Positions 35,780 through 43,388 of a stretch of 50,494 nt of DNA are shown one piece after another. The position numbers and the translations under genes were made by a program. The notes below the pieces were generated by a model. That model ran no database searches. It was not told where the DNA came from and worked only from the letters and a program-made list of their open reading frames with translations. The number at the start of each line of letters is the position of its first letter. The stretch's first letter is position 1. The stretch lies in IMG/VR virus record IMGVR_UViG_3300000233_000011, positions 1-50,494 of that record; one strand, given 5' to 3'. The stretch is from a virus (Duplodnaviria > Caudoviricetes).

Positions 35780-36028
35780 TCAAAATGGTATTTCATCTTC
35801 CCAGTCAGGACAGCCGACCACGATCACCCGACAGGGGGGCTTGGCGGTGTAGACCTTGCAGATCTCGGCGTTGTGGTCGTATTGCGCACAGTTGGCGCAA
35901 TGCCTCGTCATGTTGTTGAGTAGCGGGACCATCGCGTCGGCCAGGACCTGCGCTGCACGGTGAATCTCGTGGCGGCGGAAATCAGACGTGTTCTTGTATG
36001 GTCCCGGCTTTGTTGCTTTAGAAGACAT
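35780..36028 (-). CDS. Small Cys-rich (Zn-binding) protein with EDEIPF tail
   Basis: CANC..C..PP...GC.DWEDEIPF; GGAGG SD. Confidence 0.75.
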   Translation of the reverse strand: MSSKATKPGPYKNTSDFRRHEIHRAAQVLADAMVPLLNNMTRHCANCAQYDHNAEICKVYTAKPPCRVIVVGCPDWEDEIPF

Positions 36029-37793
36029 GACCCATCACCTCCGGGTATTTCTTGTTGATCCAAACTCGAATCTGACGCGGCACGGTCAGCTCGTCAGACA
36101 GCTCCACAGCCTCTTCCGGGGTCTCGGGCAATTCAATGTCAGCCCGTTCTTCCCACCATGCCTTGCCCTTGTGTTTCACCCCAGTCTCATGCCAGGCAGG
36201 GACCCACTCGCTGAACGCGCGAAGCCCGCAATGGTATGTGACCTTCATAGACTTCGACCCGCCTGCCTTGTCGTGAACGGCATAGACAACCTTGTCAACG
36301 TCAAAGGTTTCAACCTGCGGCCCGTCATCGTGTGGCTCAACATCTTTCTTGCGCTTGATAAGTTCGTTGGTCGAGGCGTCGCTTTCAATCTTCGGTTTGA
36401 AAATGAACTCGGCCCCACATTCGCAGCAGTTGCGCGCCGATGTGTGGTTATACGCCCCGCACCCTGTCACCCGCCACACGCCCGAGAAGTCGCGCTCGTA
36501 ATACTCATGGAACGCGCGCCACTGGTCTGCCGTGATCGCTGATTCCTTGGGTGCGTGGTTGTGCATCTTTTCGCGCTCGCAGAACTTGACAGGGGGCGGA
36601 CCGCCACCCTTGCCCTTGCGCTTGGGGATCACAGGATCGTTGATCGGACCAAGCCGCATTGTGTTGCCTGCGAAGTCGAGCACAAGGCAATTCTTCTTGA
36701 CGCTGTTGGCGATTGCAGCCAACCGACCCTCGGTCGTGTTCAGGTCAAACCCGCTTGCGTAGAAGGGCCGCGTCCCTCGTCCCAGCATCTGCACCCACAG
36801 CCCAGGACTATTGCTCGGGCGCAGCATGACGATACAATCAATCTCCGCGTCGTCATAACCCGTGGTCAGGACGTTGTTGTTGACCATCCAACGGGCTTCG
36901 CCGTTACGATGCGCCGCAAGGGATGCGTCTCGCTCTTTGTCGCCCATCTTTGAATGAACGCACACCGCGGATTCCCCGAGCAGTCGCAGCGCGTCTGTGA
37001 CGTGTTCAGTGTGATCAACGCCCGTAGTAAAAACCAGGATACGTCTGCGGCCGTGGGCGAGTTCCATCGCCTCGCGCAACGCGGCTTCCGTGATCTCTGA
37101 TTTGTCAACGGCGCGTTGCAAATCCTTATCAATGAACTCGCCCCCGCGCTTTTTCACGTCCGACACATCCAGCTCCGTCTTGGTCGGGCGTGGGATCAGA
37201 GGAGACAGGAAGCCCTCGTCAAAGAACCAGTTGAAGGCGTCCAGCGTTGTCATATCGCAGGCAATGTCTGTGAAGATGCCGCCCTCAGTTATCATACCAA
37301 GGCCGAGGCGATAAGGGGTCGCTGACAGCCCGATGACCCGCAGGTTCGGGTTGATCGCTTTCAAGTCGGCAATGAACTTCTGGTATGACGTGTCATCGTT
37401 CGGACTCACGGTGTGGCATTCGTCAATGATGATGATGTCCACATGTCCGAACATGGGCGCGAGATTGACGACCGATTGGATGCCTGCAAACGTAATCGGG
37501 TAGTAAGACTGTCGTGACTTGAGGCCTGCCGAATATATGCCAAGCGGGGCCGCAGGCCACATGGTTTGCAGCTTGTCGGCGTTCTGAGCGATCAGCTCTT
37601 TGACGTGGGTCAGCATCATTATGCGCTGGGTCGGCCATGTCGCCATGACCTGCCAGATAAACCCGCCGATGACAATTGACTTGCCCGTTCCCGTGGGCAT
37701 GACGACCACGGGGTTGCCATCACGTTTCGTTCCGAAGAACGAGAACAAGCTGCCGATGGCAAACTCTTGATACGGACGCGGGCGCATGTTCAC
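36018..37793 (-). CDS. SF2 DNA helicase (RadD/YejH-like) with Zn finger
   Basis: RPYQ, PTGTGKS, DECH, SATP, LTTGYD and QMLGRGTR. Confidence 0.9.
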   Translation of the reverse strand: MNMRPRPYQEFAIGSLFSFFGTKRDGNPVVVMPTGTGKSIVIGGFIWQVMATWPTQRIMMLTHVKELIAQNADKLQTMWPAAPLGIYSAGLKSRQSYYPITFAGIQSVVNLAPMFGHVDIIIIDECHTVSPNDDTSYQKFIADLKAINPNLRVIGLSATPYRLGLGMITEGGIFTDIACDMTTLDAFNWFFDEGFLSPLIPRPTKTELDVSDVKKRGGEFIDKDLQRAVDKSEITEAALREAMELAHGRRRILVFTTGVDHTEHVTDALRLLGESAVCVHSKMGDKERDASLAAHRNGEARWMVNNNVLTTGYDDAEIDCIVMLRPSNSPGLWVQMLGRGTRPFYASGFDLNTTEGRLAAIANSVKKNCLVLDFAGNTMRLGPINDPVIPKRKGKGGGPPPVKFCEREKMHNHAPKESAITADQWRAFHEYYERDFSGVWRVTGCGAYNHTSARNCCECGAEFIFKPKIESDASTNELIKRKKDVEPHDDGPQVETFDVDKVVYAVHDKAGGSKSMKVTYHCGLRAFSEWVPAWHETGVKHKGKAWWEERADIELPETPEEAVELSDELTVPRQIRVWINKKYPEVMGHVF

Positions 37794-38764
37794 TCCTTGA
37801 TGGCCGAATGTTCAGCACAGCCGGCTTTCGTGTGTTCGTATGGTATCACACTCTGCCACTTCGCGCAATACCATTCGCCCCCTTCAATGGGTTTGCTGAA
37901 AGCACACGACCGACACGTCTTCTCCATCGGCTCCCCCATGTGACAGGCGCCCCGATGGTCGCAGAAGCGACATTTGAACCAAGACGGGGAGCTGTTAATC
38001 CGCATTGGCGGGAGCGGGCTGTTGATAACGTCACGCGCCTTGCCCAGGAGCCCGGCACCGATCATGGGCGCGGCCTCAATCCAGAAACATTTGATCTCGT
38101 CGGTGTTCTTGTTGACCGCCATATACAGGCCGAGCTTGATGCCGCGCTTGGTCATGTAGACCTGCATCTGTTGATAGTGCGCAGGCTTCGCCGCAGCCAA
38201 GCCCTTGTTGACCAGTTCGTCAAAGGACTTCTGCCCGTGGGTTTTGTATTCGCCCAGGACAGGGTCCTTCGCTGTCAGCCCGAACCGATCAACGCCGGGC
38301 ACGTTGTAAAGGATCGAGTCCATCGACCCGCCGAAGTGTCCCTCCACGTCTTTGATGCGCCATTGCTCGGCCTTGACCCCGCGTGTCGCAGCGCGGCGAA
38401 TGTGGGCATCATCGTCCGACACGTCATCCACGTCCGGTGGGAACTCCACGTCCCAGTCAAACAGGACATAGCTGTCTGAACCATCGTGATAGCAGAGGCG
38501 CTGAGAATGCGCCCTCACCTCGACCCCGATGCTTTTCAGATACCCGATGAAGCGTTCTTCCTCGCGGTGGCCGCGATTGAACAGACGCAGCAGGGATGCC
38601 TTGTGCTTCGCGCGTGTCGCCCATCGAAAGGTGTACCACAGGGCGCGGGAACATTCGTCACCGATTGACGACGCCCCCAAATGCCGACGAAACCCGTCTT
38701 CCTGGGTTTCGGTTATGCGCGCGTCAATGAGCGCAAGGATATCGTCTGCTGAATGAACTGTCAT
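37790..38764 (-). CDS. PD-(D/E)xK exonuclease, Cas4-like
   Basis: HLGAS.IG.EC.R.LWY, G..D, EYKT, Q.Q.YM and C.FC....C. Confidence 0.85.
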   Translation of the reverse strand: MTVHSADDILALIDARITETQEDGFRRHLGASSIGDECSRALWYTFRWATRAKHKASLLRLFNRGHREEERFIGYLKSIGVEVRAHSQRLCYHDGSDSYVLFDWDVEFPPDVDDVSDDDAHIRRAATRGVKAEQWRIKDVEGHFGGSMDSILYNVPGVDRFGLTAKDPVLGEYKTHGQKSFDELVNKGLAAAKPAHYQQMQVYMTKRGIKLGLYMAVNKNTDEIKCFWIEAAPMIGAGLLGKARDVINSPLPPMRINSSPSWFKCRFCDHRGACHMGEPMEKTCRSCAFSKPIEGGEWYCAKWQSVIPYEHTKAGCAEHSAIKE

Positions 38765-38783
38765 CTTTGACCCCTGTTGATGG

Positions 38784-38805
38784 GAGGGGGCGCGGACGCC
38801 CCCTC
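38784..38805 (-). terminator. GC-rich hairpin after yhhQ
   Basis: GAGGGGGCG-4 nt-CGCCCCCTC; no clear U tract. Confidence 0.5.
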
Positions 38806-38814
38806 GGTTGATCG

Positions 38815-39315
38815 TTACGCGAAGTATTCTTCCTTGCGGGTCGGCGCCCGATACCAGAAGAAGATGACAGCCGCGGCGATCAGCTTGGCAACGACCATCA
38901 GGGCAAACGTGCCCACCGTCAAGCCGTCGATCAGGAACAGGAAGACAGCCGTGTCCACAGGGGTCGAGATCAGGGACGAAAGCATCACGCGCTTGTGGAA
39001 CGGCTTCTTGGTCAGCGTGTAAAGCAGCCAGTCCGTGATCTCGGACAGCCCGAACGCCACGACCGAGGCGACGGCGACGAAGGGGTCGGCGAGCAGGAAC
39101 GTCAGCACAGCCGCCAAGGCCATCGCCACCAGGACGTAGTGGCCTGCCTCGCGTTGCGCAAAGTCACGCACCACGAAGACCACGCCTGCAAGCACAGCCA
39201 TCGGCGAGATCAGGCCGATTGCGGTGGGGATCATCGGGACATAGCTGAACCCGAAGTTCAGGAGCAGGATCGTGATGACGTAGAGCGCCATATAGGGGTG
39301 AAAGAGTTTTTCCAT
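38815..39315 (-). CDS. yhhQ: YhhQ/VUT-family preQ0/preQ1 transporter
   Basis: Multi-TM; G..FV.RD..QR..G, AF..SE..DW..Y and S..IS..VDT.VF. Confidence 0.85.
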   Translation of the reverse strand: MEKLFHPYMALYVITILLLNFGFSYVPMIPTAIGLISPMAVLAGVVFVVRDFAQREAGHYVLVAMALAAVLTFLLADPFVAVASVVAFGLSEITDWLLYTLTKKPFHKRVMLSSLISTPVDTAVFLFLIDGLTVGTFALMVVAKLIAAAVIFFWYRAPTRKEEYFA

Positions 39316-39390
39316 GGTTTGCAGTTTCCTTGCATGTTTGATCCTGGAACAGGGACGAGGCGACGCCAGGATCTAACGTCGCCCCGCATT
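39316..39390 (-). ncRNA. Candidate H-type pseudoknot in the yhhQ leader
   Basis: 11-bp stem whose loop GATCCTGG is perfectly complementary to downstream CCAGGATC. Confidence 0.55.
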
Positions 39391-39393
39391 GCG

Positions 39394-39861
39394 TCACTCG
39401 GCGGTCACCTGCGGTGCGGCCTCGGCTTTCGTAACGGCGTCAAAGGAAAACGCCGGCTGAACCGAATCCACCAGGAACCCACCGATCTTCTCGGCCTCTT
39501 CCAGAAGCCGTGCAGCCTGCGGATCGGCCGAGCGCAGGGCTGCGAACCGTTCCGTCTGAACGCGCTGGGCTTCGCGCCGCTCGATCTCGGCCGAGATCTC
39601 TGCCAGCCGCGCCTTGCACTGCTGCCGTTCCTTGTAGCGCCGGTCGTCAATCGTGCAGACGACTTCTTTGGTCGCCTTGATTGCGTCGTGGCCCGCTGTG
39701 GACACGACCGTCACCGCAACGTAGCCGTTGAACGGGGATTCCACGATGACACGGTCGCCCGGCTGGACGTTGTAGTCGCAGAAATAGGCATACGTCCGAT
39801 CCTGGTTGTTGCCATAGCCCGCGTCTTTCGGGCCGTCGAACTTCACAAGGATCACACTCAT
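39394..39861 (-). CDS. Hypothetical protein
   Basis: GGAG SD; VKF...Y.Y......GD.V.V SH3-like start followed by a coiled coil. Confidence 0.75.
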   Translation of the reverse strand: MSVILVKFDGPKDAGYGNNQDRTYAYFCDYNVQPGDRVIVESPFNGYVAVTVVSTAGHDAIKATKEVVCTIDDRRYKERQQCKARLAEISAEIERREAQRVQTERFAALRSADPQAARLLEEAEKIGGFLVDSVQPAFSFDAVTKAEAAPQVTAE

Positions 39862-39896
39862 TTGCTTCTCCATCGCTTGTGTGTTTCGTATGCCTA

Positions 39897-39925
39897 TTTA
39901 TGCCACAGGGTGACACCGGGCGCAA
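39897..39925 (-). promoter_or_regulatory. sigma70-like promoter overlapping a hairpin
   Basis: TTGCGC-N17-CATAAA. Confidence 0.5.
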
Positions 39926-39953
39926 GCAAAAAGCGCGCCCGGCGATCTTCTTG

Positions 39954-40793
39954 TCAGCCCTGCGGTTGAGCCCACGGGGGAGCAGCCCCACCCGGTGCGC
40001 CAGCCGGGGCCGCAGCAGCCCACGGGGGAGCCGCACCAGCCGCAGGGGCCGGAGCGGGTGCAGCCGCAGCAGCGGGCGCTTGTTCAGCCTGCCACGGGGC
40101 CGCAGCCGCAGGCGCGGGTGCAGGGGCCGGTGCGGGCGCAGGGGCCGCAGCCTTGGGAGCCGGGGTCCACGCGCCGTTGATCCACCACTGTTCATCAGGG
40201 GTCCCCGCCGCGTGGATGTGCGTCGGGTCACTCGGACGTTGCGGGCCGGCCGGGGCAGCCGGGGCGACAGGGGCGGGCGCAGGGGTCGGCGCAGCGGGAG
40301 CCGCAGGGGCCGCAGGTGCAGCAGGAGCTGCCCCAGCCGCACCACCTGCAACCTGCCCGATCTGATCGGCGGCGACACCTTGCATGTTCCGGTATTCGGA
40401 GATCTCGTTGTTGAACTTCGTCGGATCATCAGTCCGCGGTTTCTTGACGACCATCACCTTGAACGGGATGCCATGCAGCTGCTGCGTGTCCTGGAGGTGC
40501 ATGACCCCCGTGACGCGGCAGATTGCCGACAGCTGCGCCTTGCCGATTTCCTCGGCGGTCGAGTTGTCGTTCTCCCAGTTGACCCGGTCGATCAGCGTGG
40601 CGCCCGAATGTTCGCCAGCCGCGATGCGGTAATTGAACTGGAAATAAGACCCGCGCTGGGCCGTGCCTGCGGCCTTCGCTTTGGTCGGCTTGAGTTCGGA
40701 GCCCGCGATCATCACGGTGTATTCCCCCGTCTCAAAGACGGCGAAAGCCCCTTGGGGTGCGACCTGGGCCGCGTTGAAGTTAAGCTGAACCAT
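39954..40793 (-). CDS. DUF669-family ssDNA-binding protein with Pro/Ala-rich tail
   Basis: AAGGAG SD; G.Y.V.I..SE.KPTK, L..IC...G, DT.QLHG.P and NEI..Y; PPWA motifs. Confidence 0.85.
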   Translation of the reverse strand: MVQLNFNAAQVAPQGAFAVFETGEYTVMIAGSELKPTKAKAAGTAQRGSYFQFNYRIAAGEHSGATLIDRVNWENDNSTAEEIGKAQLSAICRVTGVMHLQDTQQLHGIPFKVMVVKKPRTDDPTKFNNEISEYRNMQGVAADQIGQVAGGAAGAAPAAPAAPAAPAAPTPAPAPVAPAAPAGPQRPSDPTHIHAAGTPDEQWWINGAWTPAPKAAAPAPAPAPAPAPAAAAPWQAEQAPAAAAAPAPAPAAGAAPPWAAAAPAGAPGGAAPPWAQPQG

Positions 40794-40806
40794 GATGGTC
40801 TCCTTG

Positions 40807-41502
40807 TCAGCTGGTTGCAGTGATCTTCTTGATGATGTTGCCGAGGTCAGGGTACTCGATTGCATCCAATCGACCGGACCTGTCCTTGGCATCGTTCGAG
40901 AAGTCCGGTTGCGTCCGCAGGAAGCGATAGTCCTTCTGCGTTGCGGGGTCTTTGCCGATGTCCAGGTGGAACACTTCGTCAAAGTGGTATGGCAGGCTCG
41001 GGCCGAGCTTGGTCCCGGGCATGAACGGCCCGTTAAGCACGATCCCTGTCTGCTCGTCCTTGATGGCTTCCTGCTTGGCCGACACATAGACATGGTAGCC
41101 AGGCAGGTCGCGGAATGCACGAATGGTAGCCGACACCTGGTCGATCAACAGGCCGTAAGCCTGCCGCGGGTCGATCAGCTTGCCGTTGATCTTTTGCGCC
41201 TTCGCATTGGCGAGGACGACTTCACCGATCTCCGAGATGGAGTCGATGCAGATGGTCTGAAACTGTTTGGCCTCGGCCGACGATTGCGCCCAGTTGAAGA
41301 CCTCGGTCAGGTCATCGACCGTGCGGATCTCGACATAGGGCAACTGGTACCTGCTCAGGGCGAGCAGGCCCGACTCCGCGGACAGGATGATCGGATTCGG
41401 ACACGTTGCGCAGAGCGTCGTTTTGCCCCGCCCCGCCTTGCCGTAGACCAGCATCTTGACGCCGTTTGACGCCCCGATGCCAAGGGTGGACTTGATCTGC
41501 AT
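40807..41502 (-). CDS. AAA_24 ATPase (Sak4-like annealase)
   Basis: LVYGKAGRGKT, ESGL, IDSISE, PY.FDEV and AKDRSG.L. Confidence 0.85.
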   Translation of the reverse strand: MQIKSTLGIGASNGVKMLVYGKAGRGKTTLCATCPNPIILSAESGLLALSRYQLPYVEIRTVDDLTEVFNWAQSSAEAKQFQTICIDSISEIGEVVLANAKAQKINGKLIDPRQAYGLLIDQVSATIRAFRDLPGYHVYVSAKQEAIKDEQTGIVLNGPFMPGTKLGPSLPYHFDEVFHLDIGKDPATQKDYRFLRTQPDFSNDAKDRSGRLDAIEYPDLGNIIKKITATS

Positions 41503-41828
41503 TATTCATCCTCCAGGATTGTTTCAATCAGCTCTTCCAGCTCGACCAGGACGTCCGCCACGGCCTCGCCATTGGCCTTGGTCAATTCGCGGGTGAGCGC
41601 CTCCCAAGCCTGCCGCACTTCGACAACCTTGGTTTTGATCTTCTTGACGTTGGCGGTCGTGTCGCCCTTGTCCTCGTCTGCATCGCCGCGCATGTGGTCA
41701 CGCAATGCAACGACCGTTGCCCACACGCGGGCCGCGTTCAGCAGCTGGTCGATCTCGTCCACCGTGTAGGGTTCAGCCTTGACGGCCTCGACCTGCGGCG
41801 AGGCCGTCAACAGGTGCTCAATGCCCAT
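41502..41828 (-). CDS. Hypothetical acidic protein
   Basis: TAATG-coupled to the ATPase gene; ATG at 41828. Confidence 0.65.
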   Translation of the reverse strand: MGIEHLLTASPQVEAVKAEPYTVDEIDQLLNAARVWATVVALRDHMRGDADEDKGDTTANVKKIKTKVVEVRQAWEALTRELTKANGEAVADVLVELEELIETILEDE

Positions 41829-42081
41829 TGATCTTGCCCCCCTTGAGCGGAGGCCGATGCAAGGCGATGACCGTGAACTTCGGTCCGTCAAGCCCCACCA
41901 TCAGGGTCGTTTCCTTTGTCGCCTCGAGCACGTCACGAAGGTCGACCTCCATTTTCATGCCGGGGCTGATGCACACCAGATACTGAAAGACACGCAGCAT
42001 GAAAGCCGCGTGCTGTGATGCGTCCATGTCCCCGTGGGTGGGGGTAACCTTGCCCGTGAAAGGGCTGCTCGTCTCGGACAT
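41818..42081 (-). CDS. Hypothetical protein
   Basis: AGGAG SD; promoter immediately upstream. Confidence 0.65.
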   Translation of the reverse strand: MSETSSPFTGKVTPTHGDMDASQHAAFMLRVFQYLVCISPGMKMEVDLRDVLEATKETTLMVGLDGPKFTVIALHRPPLKGGKINGH

Positions 42082-42104
42082 TCGTGGCTCCTGTTGCAGC
42101 CCCC

Positions 42105-42133
42105 ACCCTATCACGGGCAGGGGCGATGGTCAA
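42105..42133 (-). promoter_or_regulatory. sigma70-like promoter
   Basis: TTGACC-N17-TAGGGT. Confidence 0.55.
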
Positions 42134-42145
42134 TCGTCTTGAAGA

Positions 42146-42577
42146 TCACCGCTTGGGGAGTTTCACCTCAAGCGACGGCGTGCCGGGCTTCTCCGTCACC
42201 GCGTCTGCGATGAGCTTCTTGTCCTCCGGGGACAGCCCCTTGTATTCTTTCAGGTTCAGCTCGGGCTTGTAACGGAACACCCGTTCAGCCAGCGCCCGCG
42301 TGTTGTCGCCTTTCATCAGGGCCGACACCACCGCGTCATCGACCGAGCGGTTGATCTTGTAGTCGCCTTGCAAGATCCAGCCCTCGGACAGGTCCTTCTT
42401 GTTCTGCGCCGAGCCCTCAACCGGGGCCGGGAACGACCGAGCAAACAGGGCCTTGCGCAACTCGAGTTCGCGCACCTTCACCGCTGACAGCTGCTGGTCA
42501 ACGCGATACCACACCATGGTCAGGGTCGCGTCATCCATCGCTTCAATCGGGGTCGTCATATCAACAAAGTCAGTCAT
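42146..42577 (-). CDS. Conserved phage replication-module protein
   Basis: GGAG SD; E.ELR, R.VD, R.KPEL..KEY and KPG.P.LEV pattern. Confidence 0.75.
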   Translation of the reverse strand: MTDFVDMTTPIEAMDDATLTMVWYRVDQQLSAVKVRELELRKALFARSFPAPVEGSAQNKKDLSEGWILQGDYKINRSVDDAVVSALMKGDNTRALAERVFRYKPELNLKEYKGLSPEDKKLIADAVTEKPGTPSLEVKLPKR

Positions 42578-42603
42578 CGTGCTTCTCCATGTTTCCTGTC
42601 ATC

Positions 42604-42632
42604 ATCATGCCACGGAAGTGGTCGGGGGTCAA
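42604..42632 (-). promoter_or_regulatory. sigma70-like promoter
   Basis: TTGACC-N17-CATGAT. Confidence 0.65.
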
Positions 42633-43315
42633 GCCCCCGAACCGATCCGAAGAGACGACCCGCCGCCCGTTTGGCGATGCAATGACACACGCCCCGCCGC
42701 CGCCTGCGCCACCGCGTTGGTGGACGTTGCGCGCCCTGCGCTCTTGCGCAGCGTGCCAAACTCGCTTTCCAGGTATTGCGTCAAGGCCGTGCCCCGAACC
42801 GTCAGCGCGTTCTTCGCCGCCACCGTGCGGATCGCTTCGCGCTTCTTGCCATGCGCCTCGGCGTTCATTGCGGCCAGCCGATGGACGAGGGCGTTGGCAA
42901 CGCGACGGATCGCCGCCTCGGGCGCCAGCCCCATGTTCTTCGCTTCCTTGCGACCTTCGGCGCGAACCTGTTCCACGATGAAAGGATACATCAGTTCGGT
43001 CGTCATGCGGGCCGATTCTGCGCCGCAGACATTCGTGTCGAAGTATTTGCCGCGGAACGTGCGAACCGTTGTCGCCCCGTAGAACGTCGCAACCTGGTTG
43101 AGTAGGTGACGCATCCAGGTCTGGGACGAGCTGGTCCCGGTCAGGCCGACATAACGGCCCATCGGATCGTCTTGGCCAAGGTCGTCAAGGTCGATCTGAT
43201 GCTTTTCCATCATCTCGTGCGCCTTCGCCAGGAAGATCGCAGCTTCTTCTTCGTTGTCGGTGCCGTTTGCCTTTGCAAGGATCTTGCTGATCTTGTCTTT
43301 GATGCTGTTGCTCAT
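42629..43315 (-). CDS. DUF2786 domain protein
   Basis: KI.KIL.KA..T.NE.EA..FL.KA.EMM.KH N-terminus. Confidence 0.8.
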   Translation of the reverse strand: MSNSIKDKISKILAKANGTDNEEEAAIFLAKAHEMMEKHQIDLDDLGQDDPMGRYVGLTGTSSSQTWMRHLLNQVATFYGATTVRTFRGKYFDTNVCGAESARMTTELMYPFIVEQVRAEGRKEAKNMGLAPEAAIRRVANALVHRLAAMNAEAHGKKREAIRTVAAKNALTVRGTALTQYLESEFGTLRKSAGRATSTNAVAQAAAGRVSLHRQTGGGSSLRIGSGA

Positions 43316-43343
43316 GGTGTGACCCTTTCGTTTACCATGACCC

Positions 43344-43372
43344 TTTATCGCATACCCTAGCGCATGGCGCAA
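43344..43372 (-). promoter_or_regulatory. sigma70-like promoter
   Basis: TTGCGC-N17-GATAAA. Confidence 0.45.
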
Positions 43373-43388
43373 TGCTAAAAGAGTTCGC

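Noticed and set aside
37790-38764. CRISPR-Cas system suggested by the Cas4-like gene
   Set aside because: No repeat-spacer array or other cas genes are present, and solo Cas4-like nucleases are common in phage replication modules.
39316-39396. Stop-codon readthrough fusing the 39394 ORF to yhhQ (UGA, 6-nt spacer, pseudoknot, in frame)
   Set aside because: An in-frame UAG occurs seven codons after the UGA.
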